A DNA stretch of 61,409 nucleotides from Oscillospiraceae bacterium (GTDB lineage: Bacteria > Bacillota > Clostridia > Oscillospirales > Ruminococcaceae). Made by a program: the position numbers and the translations under genes. Shown here in pieces: positions 54,138 to 61,409 of this stretch (positions within the stretch are counted from its first letter, which is position 1; every line of letters begins with the position of its first letter). The notes below the pieces were generated by a model. It was given only the letters and a program-made list of their open reading frames with translations, made no database searches and was not told where the DNA came from. The stretch covers positions 1 to 61,409 of the forward strand of contig SVMV01000001.1 of NCBI GenBank assembly GCA_015067245.1, in the 5' to 3' direction.

Positions 54138-56672
54138 ATGGAACAAAAATTCAACGTCACGGGCATGACCTGTTCGGCCTGCTCAAGCAAGGTTGAGCGT
54201 GAGGTTGGCAAAATGAGCGGTATTAACAAAGTGACCGTAAACCTGCTGACCAACAGTATGCAGGTGGATTTTGACGAAAACATCACCAATAACGGTGAAA
54301 TTATAAAAACTGTAATAAAGGCAGGCTATGACGCCTCAGCTGTTGGAGCCAAAAATGAAAACAGCACCGACAGCTATACACCGCCCAAAAAGCTGGGAGA
54401 AAACAAAGAAGAACTTGCCGCCTTTAAAAAGCGCATTATAATCAGCTTTGCCTTTCTTATACCGCTTATGTATGTGTCTATGGGCAGCATGTTCGGTGCA
54501 CCTCTGCCGTTTTTCTTAACAGGCACCGAGAATGCCATTGCCTTTGCATTTACACAGTTTTTGCTGTGCATACCTGTGCTGATGGTAAACCACAAATATT
54601 TCAGCAAAGGTTTTGGCGCACTGCTGCACCGCAGCCCCAATATGGACAGCCTTATTGCAGTAGGTTCTGCTGCAGGGTTGGTTTACGGCATATTTGCAAT
54701 ATACCGCATGAGCTACGCCCTTGGCATAGGCGATATGGCAACTGTGCACAAGCACCACATGGATTTATATTTTGAATCTTCGGCAATGATACTTGCCCTT
54801 ATAAACCTTGGCAAATATCTGGAAGCAAAAAGCAAGGGTAAAACCAGCGAAGCTCTTAACAAACTTATTGACCTTGCACCCAAAACCGCTTTTGTGGAAA
54901 GAGACGGCGACATTGTGGAGATACCCGCCCAGCAAGTTGCCGCAGGAGATATATGCATTGTAAAACCTGGCAGCAGCATACCTGCCGACGGTGTGGTTAT
55001 TGAGGGTGAAACCCATATTGACGAAGCCGCCATAACAGGCGAAAGCATACCTGTGTTTAAAGAAAAAGGTGCAAATGTTATTGCCGCAACCATAAATAAG
55101 GAAGGCTTTATCAAAATAAAAGCCAATAAAGTAGGCAGCGACACCACCTTCAGCCAGATTATTGCACTGGTGGAAAATGCATCTTCAACCAAGGCACCGA
55201 TAGCTAAACTTGCGGATAAAATTGCAGGTGTGTTTGTACCTGTTGTTATGACAATTGCTCTTATCACCGCTGTTGGGTGGCTTATTTTGGGCCAGAGCTT
55301 TGAATTTGCTCTTTCCAACGCAATAAGCGTGCTGGTTATCAGTTGTCCTTGCGCACTTGGCCTTGCAACACCTGTTGCAATTATGGTAGGCACAGGCAAA
55401 GGTGCCGAAAACGGCATTCTTATAAAAAGCGGCGAAGCACTGGAAGTCGCCCACAAGGTTAAAACTGTTGTACTGGACAAGACAGGCACAATAACCGAGG
55501 GCAAACCAAAGGTTACCGACATACACCCTGTTGGCACAGACAAAAGCACCCTTTTGCAGTTTGCCGCAAGCATTGAGGCAAAAAGCGAGCATCCTTTGGC
55601 TTTGGCAGTGTGCGAAAAAGCAGCCAGTGAACGTTTAAAACTGCTTAAAACAGACAGCTTTGAAGCTGTTAGCGGCAAAGGAATTGCCGCACAGATTGAA
55701 AACGACAGTTATCTTGCAGGCAATATACGCTTTATGGGCGAAAACAATATTGATATTTCTGCCGTATCACCTGCTGTGGACAGCTTTGCCGAACAGGGTA
55801 AAACACCGCTGATTTTTGCAAAAAACGGCAGTGTTATGGGCGTTATTGCCGTTGCGGATACCCTTAAGGCAAACAGTAGGGAAGCCATCAGAGACTTAAC
55901 AGATATGGGCATTGATGTTATAATGCTTACAGGCGACAACCAAAAAACCGCCAACGGCATTGGCAAAGAGCTGTCTGTAAGCCGCATTATTGCCGAGGTT
56001 CTGCCTCAGGATAAAGAAAAAGTGATAACAGACCTGCAGAAGGACGGCAGCACCGTTGCAATGGTTGGCGACGGTATAAACGATGCCCCTGCCCTTGTGC
56101 GTGCCGATGTGGGTATTGCAATAGGCAACGGCACAGATGTGGCAATAGAAAGTGCCGATATTATACTGATGCACAACGATTTGTACAGTGTTGTAACTGC
56201 AATTAAGCTTAGCAAGGCGGTTATTAAAAACATAAAAGAAAATCTGTTCTGGGCATTTTTCTACAACTGTCTTGGCATTCCGCTGGCGGCAGGTGTGTTC
56301 TATCACAGCTTTGGCTGGAGCCTTAACCCGATGTTTGGTGCCGCAGCAATGAGTTTCAGCAGTCTGTTTGTAGTTACCAATGCACTGAGACTGAAATATT
56401 TCCAGGTTAAAAACCTGAAGAATATTAAGCAAAATGAACAAACCAAAGAAGAAAAGGAGACTATAAAAATGACAACACTTAAAGTTAACGGTATGATGTG
56501 CCCAATGTGCAAAAAACATGTGGAAGAAGCTCTTAACGCTTTTGAAGGCGTAAGCGCAGAAGTTAACCTTGAAGCAAAAGAAGCAAAGGTTAGCCACCCA
56601 GACACAATCAGTCCACAGGAACTTGCAGATGCAGTTACAAAAGCTGGCTACGAAGTTGTGGGTATTGAATAA
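54138..56672 (+). CDS. copA: copper-translocating P1B-type ATPase with an N-terminal HMA domain and an in-frame C-terminal CopZ-like HMA domain
   Basis: GMTCSACS (N-terminal HMA), TGES, CPC (SCPCALGLATP), DKTGT, GDGINDAP. A normal CopA end (..NALRLKYFQ) is followed by a K/E/N/Q linker and MTTLKVNGMMCPMCKKHVEEAL...AGYEV. Confidence 0.95.
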   Translation: MEQKFNVTGMTCSACSSKVEREVGKMSGINKVTVNLLTNSMQVDFDENITNNGEIIKTVIKAGYDASAVGAKNENSTDSYTPPKKLGENKEELAAFKKRIIISFAFLIPLMYVSMGSMFGAPLPFFLTGTENAIAFAFTQFLLCIPVLMVNHKYFSKGFGALLHRSPNMDSLIAVGSAAGLVYGIFAIYRMSYALGIGDMATVHKHHMDLYFESSAMILALINLGKYLEAKSKGKTSEALNKLIDLAPKTAFVERDGDIVEIPAQQVAAGDICIVKPGSSIPADGVVIEGETHIDEAAITGESIPVFKEKGANVIAATINKEGFIKIKANKVGSDTTFSQIIALVENASSTKAPIAKLADKIAGVFVPVVMTIALITAVGWLILGQSFEFALSNAISVLVISCPCALGLATPVAIMVGTGKGAENGILIKSGEALEVAHKVKTVVLDKTGTITEGKPKVTDIHPVGTDKSTLLQFAASIEAKSEHPLALAVCEKAASERLKLLKTDSFEAVSGKGIAAQIENDSYLAGNIRFMGENNIDISAVSPAVDSFAEQGKTPLIFAKNGSVMGVIAVADTLKANSREAIRDLTDMGIDVIMLTGDNQKTANGIGKELSVSRIIAEVLPQDKEKVITDLQKDGSTVAMVGDGINDAPALVRADVGIAIGNGTDVAIESADIILMHNDLYSVVTAIKLSKAVIKNIKENLFWAFFYNCLGIPLAAGVFYHSFGWSLNPMFGAAAMSFSSLFVVTNALRLKYFQVKNLKNIKQNEQTKEEKETIKMTTLKVNGMMCPMCKKHVEEALNAFEGVSAEVNLEAKEAKVSHPDTISPQELADAVTKAGYEVVGIE

Positions 56673-56705
56673 CACTTTTATAAACTGATATGTTTTAAAG
56701 CACAT

Positions 56706-56748
56706 AAAAACAGGTGTACGGAAATTACGTACACCTGTTTTGCTTTTT
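56706..56748. terminator. bidirectional terminator shared by copA and the lipoprotein gene
   Basis: AAAAACAGGTGTACG (56706-56720) / CGTACACCTGTTTT (56728-56741), plus GCTTTTT. The lipoprotein stop codon (56725-56727) sits in the loop. Confidence 0.85.
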
Positions 56749-57354
56749 ACTTTTCACTGTTTTGAATATAAGGTTCTGCCGCACTTTTTTCACACCTATA
56801 ATATTTGGCTCTTCCGTAAGGGGCATTGTTTTTTCCTGCGGCGGTGTTGGGGTTGGCTGCGGTGTCAGGACAGATTCTGGGGTTGCTTCAGGTTCTGGCC
56901 TCTGTTCTTCCTGAGATGGATTATGTTTAATTGTGAATATGGCGTGGCCATCATAGCTGTCGGAGTCATTGTTTATAACAACCTCAAACCTATTGTCCCC
57001 CACAGCAAGCACAGCACTGGCCGTTGCACTGCTGTAAACCTGTTCTTCCAGAATTACAGCATCGTTTTGTTTTATTATTATCTTTTGGTTATAGCATGCA
57101 CCTGCAAGATTTGCAGTTATCTGCACGCTTTCATCACTATTCCACTGTGCACTGTCAAAAACTGTATTTTTTTCAAAATCACTTGGTATAATCTGTGCCT
57201 GCCGCACGTCACTGGCACTTATGATAATCTCCATAAAGCCAGGTTCAAATTTTGCGCTGTCACCTTTGGCCATTGCATCGCTACAGCCCCCGAACAAGAG
57301 AACCACTGCTGCAACCATAAGCATATTTTTCAAATTCTGCTTTATTTTGTTCAC
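56725..57354 (-). CDS. lipoprotein of unknown function
   Basis: GTG start follows AAGGGG. Signal peptide with lipobox (MLMVAAVVLLFGGC). Pro/Thr/Glu-rich segment (EEQRPEPEATPESVLTPQPTPTPPQE) and a basic tail. Confidence 0.7.
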   Translation of the reverse strand: MNKIKQNLKNMLMVAAVVLLFGGCSDAMAKGDSAKFEPGFMEIIISASDVRQAQIIPSDFEKNTVFDSAQWNSDESVQITANLAGACYNQKIIIKQNDAVILEEQVYSSATASAVLAVGDNRFEVVINNDSDSYDGHAIFTIKHNPSQEEQRPEPEATPESVLTPQPTPTPPQEKTMPLTEEPNIIGVKKVRQNLIFKTVKSKKQNRCT

Positions 57355-57446
57355 GCACGCACCCCTTTTTCTACCTTATTTTTATTTAATTAAATTATTT
57401 TTTTAATATTATATAACAAGTTTTTATGCATCTCAACAGTGCTAAT

Positions 57447-57493
57447 ACAAAAATGCCGTTCCGACACAGTCACCTGTTGGAACGGCATCTTTT
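57447..57493. terminator. bidirectional terminator (lipoprotein upstream region / flavodiiron gene 3' end)
   Basis: ATGCCGTTCC (57453-57462) / GGAACGGCAT (57479-57488), with an A-run before and a T-run after. Confidence 0.8.
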
Positions 57494-57502
57494 CAGATGT
57501 GA

Positions 57503-58810
57503 TTATTCAATTTCTTCAAAAACTTCGGCACCAAGCTGACAGATTGGGCAGATAAAATCTTCCGGCAGTTCTTCACCTTCGTAAATATAACCGCAAACAG
57601 AACATTCAAAACGTCTTGCATCACCCTTTGGCTCTTCTTCGGCAATTTCTGCCTTGCCGCCTGCAAGTTCCTTTGCCAAAGCAGAAAGCTGTGCTGTGCT
57701 TTCAGCATTAAGTGCAGACATGATTTTTACTGTGTTTTCGGCAAATGTAAGGTCTTTGCTTTTTTCGAACATACCTTTCATAATTTTTGCTGCAACAGGT
57801 GCCCAGCTGCCGTTTTCCATAAATGCAACTGTGCGGTTGGAGAAGTTGCGTTCTGTAAGGTGGTCAATAAACTGGCGCATAAACGGAAAAATATCCGCAT
57901 TGTAGGTTGTTGTTGCAAGCACAAGCTTTGAGTAGCGGAATGCATCCTCAACAGCTTCGGCCCAGTCGCAACGTGCAAGGTCGTTGAGTACAACCTTTTT
58001 GCAGCCGTTTGCCTTAAGTTCTTCCGCAAGCTGCATAACAGCTTTTTTGGTGTTGCCGTAGATAGATGTGTAGGCAATAACCACACCTTCTTCCTCTGGC
58101 TGATAGCTGGACCAGATATCATAAAGATTGATGTAGTAGCCAAGGTTTTCTGTAAGAACAGGGCCGTGGAGTGCACAGATAATCTGAATATCAAGCTTTG
58201 CTGCCTTTCGCAGAACAGCCTGTACCTGAGAACCGTATTTGCCTACAATACCAATATAGTATCTTCTTGCTTCGCATGCCCAGTCTTCTTCCACATCAAG
58301 TGCGCCAAATTTGCCAAATGCATCAGCAGAGAAAAACACTTTATCTGTGCTGTCGTATGTCATAATAACTTCTGGCCAGTGCACCATTGGTGCTGTGATA
58401 AAGCTGAGTTCGTGTCTGCCCAGGGACAGCTTGCTGCCTTCGTTTACCACAACCTGTTTTTCACCAAAGTCTGTGCCGAAAAAGTTTTTCATCATAGCAA
58501 AAGCCTTGGATGATGCAACAATTTTTGCATCTGGGTAAGCTTTTGTAAATTCAAGGATGCTTGCGGAGTGGTCTGGTTCCATATGCTGAACAACAAGGTA
58601 GTCCAGCTGTCTGCCATCAAGCTCTGCGGCAATATTATCCAGCCATTCCTGTGTAAAGCCAGCATCTACAGAGTCCATAACTGCTGTTTTTTCGTCTAAA
58701 ATAATATAGGAGTTATATGCCATACCGTTTGGCACAACATACTGTCCTTCAAAAAGGTCAATTTTATGGTCGTTTACACCGATATATCTGATGTCGTTGG
58801 TAATATACAT
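57503..58810 (-). CDS. flavodiiron protein with C-terminal rubredoxin (flavorubredoxin-type O2/NO reductase)
   Basis: Metallo-beta-lactamase-like di-iron site (VVQHMEPDHS), a flavodoxin-like middle domain, and a C-terminal rubredoxin (CSVCGY...CPIC). Confidence 0.9.
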   Translation of the reverse strand: MYITNDIRYIGVNDHKIDLFEGQYVVPNGMAYNSYIILDEKTAVMDSVDAGFTQEWLDNIAAELDGRQLDYLVVQHMEPDHSASILEFTKAYPDAKIVASSKAFAMMKNFFGTDFGEKQVVVNEGSKLSLGRHELSFITAPMVHWPEVIMTYDSTDKVFFSADAFGKFGALDVEEDWACEARRYYIGIVGKYGSQVQAVLRKAAKLDIQIICALHGPVLTENLGYYINLYDIWSSYQPEEEGVVIAYTSIYGNTKKAVMQLAEELKANGCKKVVLNDLARCDWAEAVEDAFRYSKLVLATTTYNADIFPFMRQFIDHLTERNFSNRTVAFMENGSWAPVAAKIMKGMFEKSKDLTFAENTVKIMSALNAESTAQLSALAKELAGGKAEIAEEEPKGDARRFECSVCGYIYEGEELPEDFICPICQLGAEVFEEIE

Positions 58811-58975
58811 TTTTGTTTTCTCCTTGCCTATGTGTTACCTATGTGCTTACTGTGTATATTATATATGTTTGTCAACACAATAATAGATTAATTATACCAT
58901 CTGGTTGATTTTATGTCTATATTATATTATAATCAGCATAATAAATCGGTTGTTTTTACAACGAAAGGTGGCTTT

Positions 58976-59635
58976 ATGGAAAAATATATACCTATAATGA
59001 AAAACTGCGATATTTTTGCAGGTGTGCAGGAAAGTGAAATAAGCGCAATGCTTGGCTGTATGCAGGCAAGCATTGTGCAGTACAAAAAGGGTGAATATAT
59101 ATTCAGACAGGGCGAAAGCATACACAGCATTGCCCTGCTGCTTAGCGGCCGCCTGCATATACAAAAGGACGATTACTGGGGCAACCGCAGCATTATAAAC
59201 GATATTCATCAGGGCGAAATGTTTGGCGAAGCATACGCTATGCAAAGCGACGACGTTTTTCTTAACGATGCGGTGGCTGTGGAAAACAGCACTGTTGTAT
59301 TTTTTGATATAAACCGAATGCTTGCCACCTGCTCGGCTTCCTGCCATTTCCATAATACAGTTATACAAAATCTGTTTGTGGCAATATCTGCCAAAAACCG
59401 CAAGCTTGTGCAGAAACTGGGGCATATTTCCCGCCGAAGCACAAGAGAAAAGCTTATCAGCTATCTTTCAGAAGAAGCAAAGCGCCACGGCAGCGGAAGC
59501 TTTTCTATTCCCTTTAACCGTCAGCAGCTGGCTGACTTTTTATCGGTTGACCGCAGTGCAATGTCCAGCGAGCTTTGCAAAATGCGCGACGAAGGACTTT
59601 TGAACTTTAACAAAAACAACTTTACACTTTTATAA
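58976..59635 (+). CDS. Crp/Fnr family transcriptional regulator
   Basis: cNMP-binding-like N-terminal barrel (..IFAGV.ESEI..ML....A.IV.YKKGEYIFRQGE......LLLSGRL.I..DDYWGNR.I...I..GEMFGEA) and a C-terminal HTH (..REKLISYL...A......F.IPFNRQQLADFLSVDRSAMSSEL..M..EGL). ATG 58976 follows AAAGGTGG. Confidence 0.9.
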   Translation: MEKYIPIMKNCDIFAGVQESEISAMLGCMQASIVQYKKGEYIFRQGESIHSIALLLSGRLHIQKDDYWGNRSIINDIHQGEMFGEAYAMQSDDVFLNDAVAVENSTVVFFDINRMLATCSASCHFHNTVIQNLFVAISAKNRKLVQKLGHISRRSTREKLISYLSEEAKRHGSGSFSIPFNRQQLADFLSVDRSAMSSELCKMRDEGLLNFNKNNFTLL

Positions 59636-59655
59636 ATTATGTGCGAGGTGATTAT

Positions 59656-60444
59656 ATGATTAATAAAGACGAATTTTTATCCCTTTGTAATGTAACCGAA
59701 GAAGACCTTAACTGCAGCAATATAGAATGGTCTGACCTTGAAAAAATTGCTGAAGAATATGAAAAGCTTGATAAAGTTCTGCATAACATCAGCAAGGATT
59801 TTATTGACGAATATCTGTACGATACCGATAAGGCCGGTATACACTCCTATCGCTACCGGGTAAAAGACACAGGACATCTGCTGGAAAAAATTATCCGCAA
59901 AAAAAGAGAAAATTCTGAAAAGTTTGAAGATATGGACCACACAAATTTCTATAAATTTGTCACCGACCTTATCGGGATACGGGTGTTCTTTCTGTATCGT
60001 GAAGACTGGATACATTTTCACAAATATATAACAGGCGTGTTTGAAAACAATCCCGACATTTATGTGCTGGACCGTCTTGAGGATTTTGACGACAATACAG
60101 ACCATTATTATATTGCTGAACGCCCAAAGGTTTACAAGCGGTCGGGCGATACCAGAATCTACGATGCCAAGGAAATTGACATTATTGCAGGCGGTGTATA
60201 CCGTTCGCTGCACTATATTATAAAATATAAGGGGTATTATATCGAAATTCAGGGCCGAACACTGTTTGAAGAAGGATGGAGCGAAATTGATCACGACATT
60301 GTATACCCTTACTACAAGGACGACGAAATGCTCACTGACTTTTCCAAATTGCTTAACCGCCTTTCAGGCATGGCAGATGAGATGAGCAGTTATTTCCGCC
60401 GTATGAAGCAGATTAAAGCTGAAGAAAACAGCGAAGATTTATAA
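59656..60444 (+). CDS. RelA/SpoT-fold nucleotide pyrophosphokinase (small alarmone synthetase-like) protein
   Basis: Synthetase motifs appear in order: YRVKDTGHLLEKIIRK, DLIGIRV, GVYRSLHYII, IEIQGRTLFEEGWSEIDHDIVYPY. ATG 59656 follows GAGGTGA and lies 20 nt after the Crp/Fnr stop. Confidence 0.85.
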   Translation: MINKDEFLSLCNVTEEDLNCSNIEWSDLEKIAEEYEKLDKVLHNISKDFIDEYLYDTDKAGIHSYRYRVKDTGHLLEKIIRKKRENSEKFEDMDHTNFYKFVTDLIGIRVFFLYREDWIHFHKYITGVFENNPDIYVLDRLEDFDDNTDHYYIAERPKVYKRSGDTRIYDAKEIDIIAGGVYRSLHYIIKYKGYYIEIQGRTLFEEGWSEIDHDIVYPYYKDDEMLTDFSKLLNRLSGMADEMSSYFRRMKQIKAEENSEDL

Positions 60445-60482
60445 TTTTATATCTGTGTAAGCATCGGATATCTTAAAACATT

Positions 60483-60524
60483 AAAACTGTCGGATAATGC
60501 AATTATCCGACAGTTTTATTTTTA
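60483..60524. terminator. bidirectional terminator (RelA/SpoT-like / NCS2 genes converge)
   Basis: Perfect 16-bp stem AAAACTGTCGGATAAT (60483-60498) / ATTATCCGACAGTTTT (60502-60517), then ATTTTT. Confidence 0.85.
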
Positions 60525-60531
60525 ATTAATA

Positions 60532-61409
60532 TTAAAGGAAAATATATTTAAGCACAAACAGCAAAGCAAGAACGTACATAAGCGGTGTAACCTTTTTTGC
60601 TTTGCCTGTTGCAGCCTGAAGCACTACATAAGAGATAACACCAAGGCAGATACCTTCGGAAATGCTGTAGAACAAAGGCATTGCAAGGATACACAGATAT
60701 GCAGGGATTGCTTCGGTAAGGTTGTTGGAATCAAATTTAATTTCCACAACCGATTCAAACATCAGGAAACCTACAAATATAAGTGCAGGTGCTGTTGCAA
60801 AGGACGGAATGGATGTAAACAATGGTGAGAACAATGTTGCCAGAAGGAACAGCACACCTGTTGTAAGTGCTGTAAGACCTGTGCGGCCGCCTGCTGCAAC
60901 ACCTGCAGAAGATTCTACAAATGTTGTAACTGTGGATGTGCCCAGCACTGCGCCTGCACTTGTTGCAATTGCGTCTGCCATAAGGGCAGGTTTAACGTTT
61001 GGCAGATGGCCTTCTTCATCCAGCATATCTGCCTTTGTTGCAACACCAATAAGTGTGCCCAGTGTGTCAAACAGGTCAACAAAAAGAAACGAGAAGATAA
61101 CCACAACAAAGTTAAAGAAGCCCACTGTGCTGAAATCAATTTTAAAGCACTGACCAAATGTTTCGCCAAGTGCAGAGAAATCCGCACTCATAATACCTGC
61201 TGGAAAAAGGCTGTATGCACCAATTTCAGGATTTGGAACATAAATACCAGCAAGCTGGCAAATCATGCCAAGACCCCATGTTACAACAATGCCGATAAGG
61301 ATTGCACCTTTTACATTTCTGATGTAAAGGATTGCTGTGATAAGCAGGCCTATAACTGCCAGCAGTGCGCATACACCGTGGGTGCTGAAGTTTTCGGTAA
61401 AGCTTGTAA
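60532..61409 (-). CDS. NCS2/AzgA-family purine (adenine/guanine/hypoxanthine-type) permease, 5' end beyond window
   Basis: ..FVDLFDTLGTLIGVATKA........LP....ALMADAIATS.GA.LGTSTVTTFVESSAGVA.GGRTGLTA. The frame stays open to the last base of the window. Confidence 0.88.
   Translation of the reverse strand, partial: TSFTENFSTHGVCALLAVIGLLITAILYIRNVKGAILIGIVVTWGLGMICQLAGIYVPNPEIGAYSLFPAGIMSADFSALGETFGQCFKIDFSTVGFFNFVVVIFSFLFVDLFDTLGTLIGVATKADMLDEEGHLPNVKPALMADAIATSAGAVLGTSTVTTFVESSAGVAAGGRTGLTALTTGVLFLLATLFSPLFTSIPSFATAPALIFVGFLMFESVVEIKFDSNNLTEAIPAYLCILAMPLFYSISEGICLGVISYVVLQAATGKAKKVTPLMYVLALLFVLKYIFL

Noticed and set aside
54384-54392. CCC AAA AAG lies right after the N-terminal HMA domain of copA. 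I considered it as a possible -1 frameshift site giving a CopZ-like product, as described for E. coli copA.
   Set aside because: The zero-frame phasing (CCC|AAA|AAG) does not reproduce the C_CCA_AAG heptamer. P-site re-pairing would be poor, and I see no downstream stimulatory structure. The in-frame copZ-like unit at the 3' end is a simpler source of a chaperone.
58828-58881. A tandem direct repeat CTATGTG(T/C)TTAC x2 and a TTGT-N4-ACAA motif lie in the flavodiiron/Crp intergenic region. I considered them as possible Crp/Fnr boxes.
   Set aside because: Neither matches the TTGAT-N4-ATCAA or TGTGA-N6-TCACA consensus. The repeat lies in the 5' UTR next to the SD of the flavodiiron gene. The evidence is insufficient.

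Overview
This 61.4-kb window looks like the chromosome of a low-to-moderate-GC, endospore-forming Firmicute, probably a member of the Clostridia. It carries spoIVA, a SpoVID/SipL-like LysM protein, and a spoVM that falls below the ORF-track length cutoff. I support about 56 protein-coding genes. I found no rRNA or tRNA genes, no CRISPR array, and no transposase, integrase, phage or reverse-transcriptase genes.

Most of the content is core:
- Translation and ribosome: prfB, rpsF-ssb-rpsR, prfC, aspS, ylxM-ffh-rpsP-khpA, rimM-trmD, rsmD.
- Repair and cofactor: uvrC, coaD.
- ptsH.
- Transporters: tandem AEC permeases, MATE, SLC13, an NMT1-type ABC importer, AI-2E, and an NCS2 permease cut by the window end.
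- A vitamin-B6 salvage module: MocR/PdxR-like regulator, ECF S-component, pyridoxal kinase.
- aspA plus malic enzyme, and an M3 oligoendopeptidase.
- A csoR-copA copper module.
- A flavorubredoxin-type flavodiiron protein next to a Crp/Fnr regulator.

I did not find a clear-cut defence island or mobile element. The most interesting, poorly explained items are:
1. A two-gene plus-strand cassette (Tyr/Asn-rich DUF11-repeat protein plus a Cys-containing partner, with a sigma-K-like promoter) that splits the normally contiguous rpsP-khpA-rimM-trmD operon.
2. A membrane PASTA protein whose Hanks-kinase domain has lost all catalytic residues and carries an N-terminal zinc ribbon and a (PT)n tail.
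3. A 1,843-aa secreted beta-helix-type surface protein with Cys-rich modules and a C-terminal TM anchor instead of a sortase signal.
4. A Crp/Fnr gene and a RelA/SpoT-fold gene that appear to form one operon, divergent from the flavodiiron gene.
5. An ~83-bp nested-palindrome repeat family with three copies at gene 3' ends.
6. A MocR-type regulator lacking the PLP lysine and its C-terminal subdomain.
7. A copA that has an entire copZ-like unit, still preceded by a Shine-Dalgarno (SD) sequence, fused in frame.
8. Two small ORFs below the ORF-track cutoff (spoVM and a 33-aa N/Q/K-rich peptide).

Start codons are my choice, based on SD spacing. All homology statements come from reading motifs by eye, not from searches.
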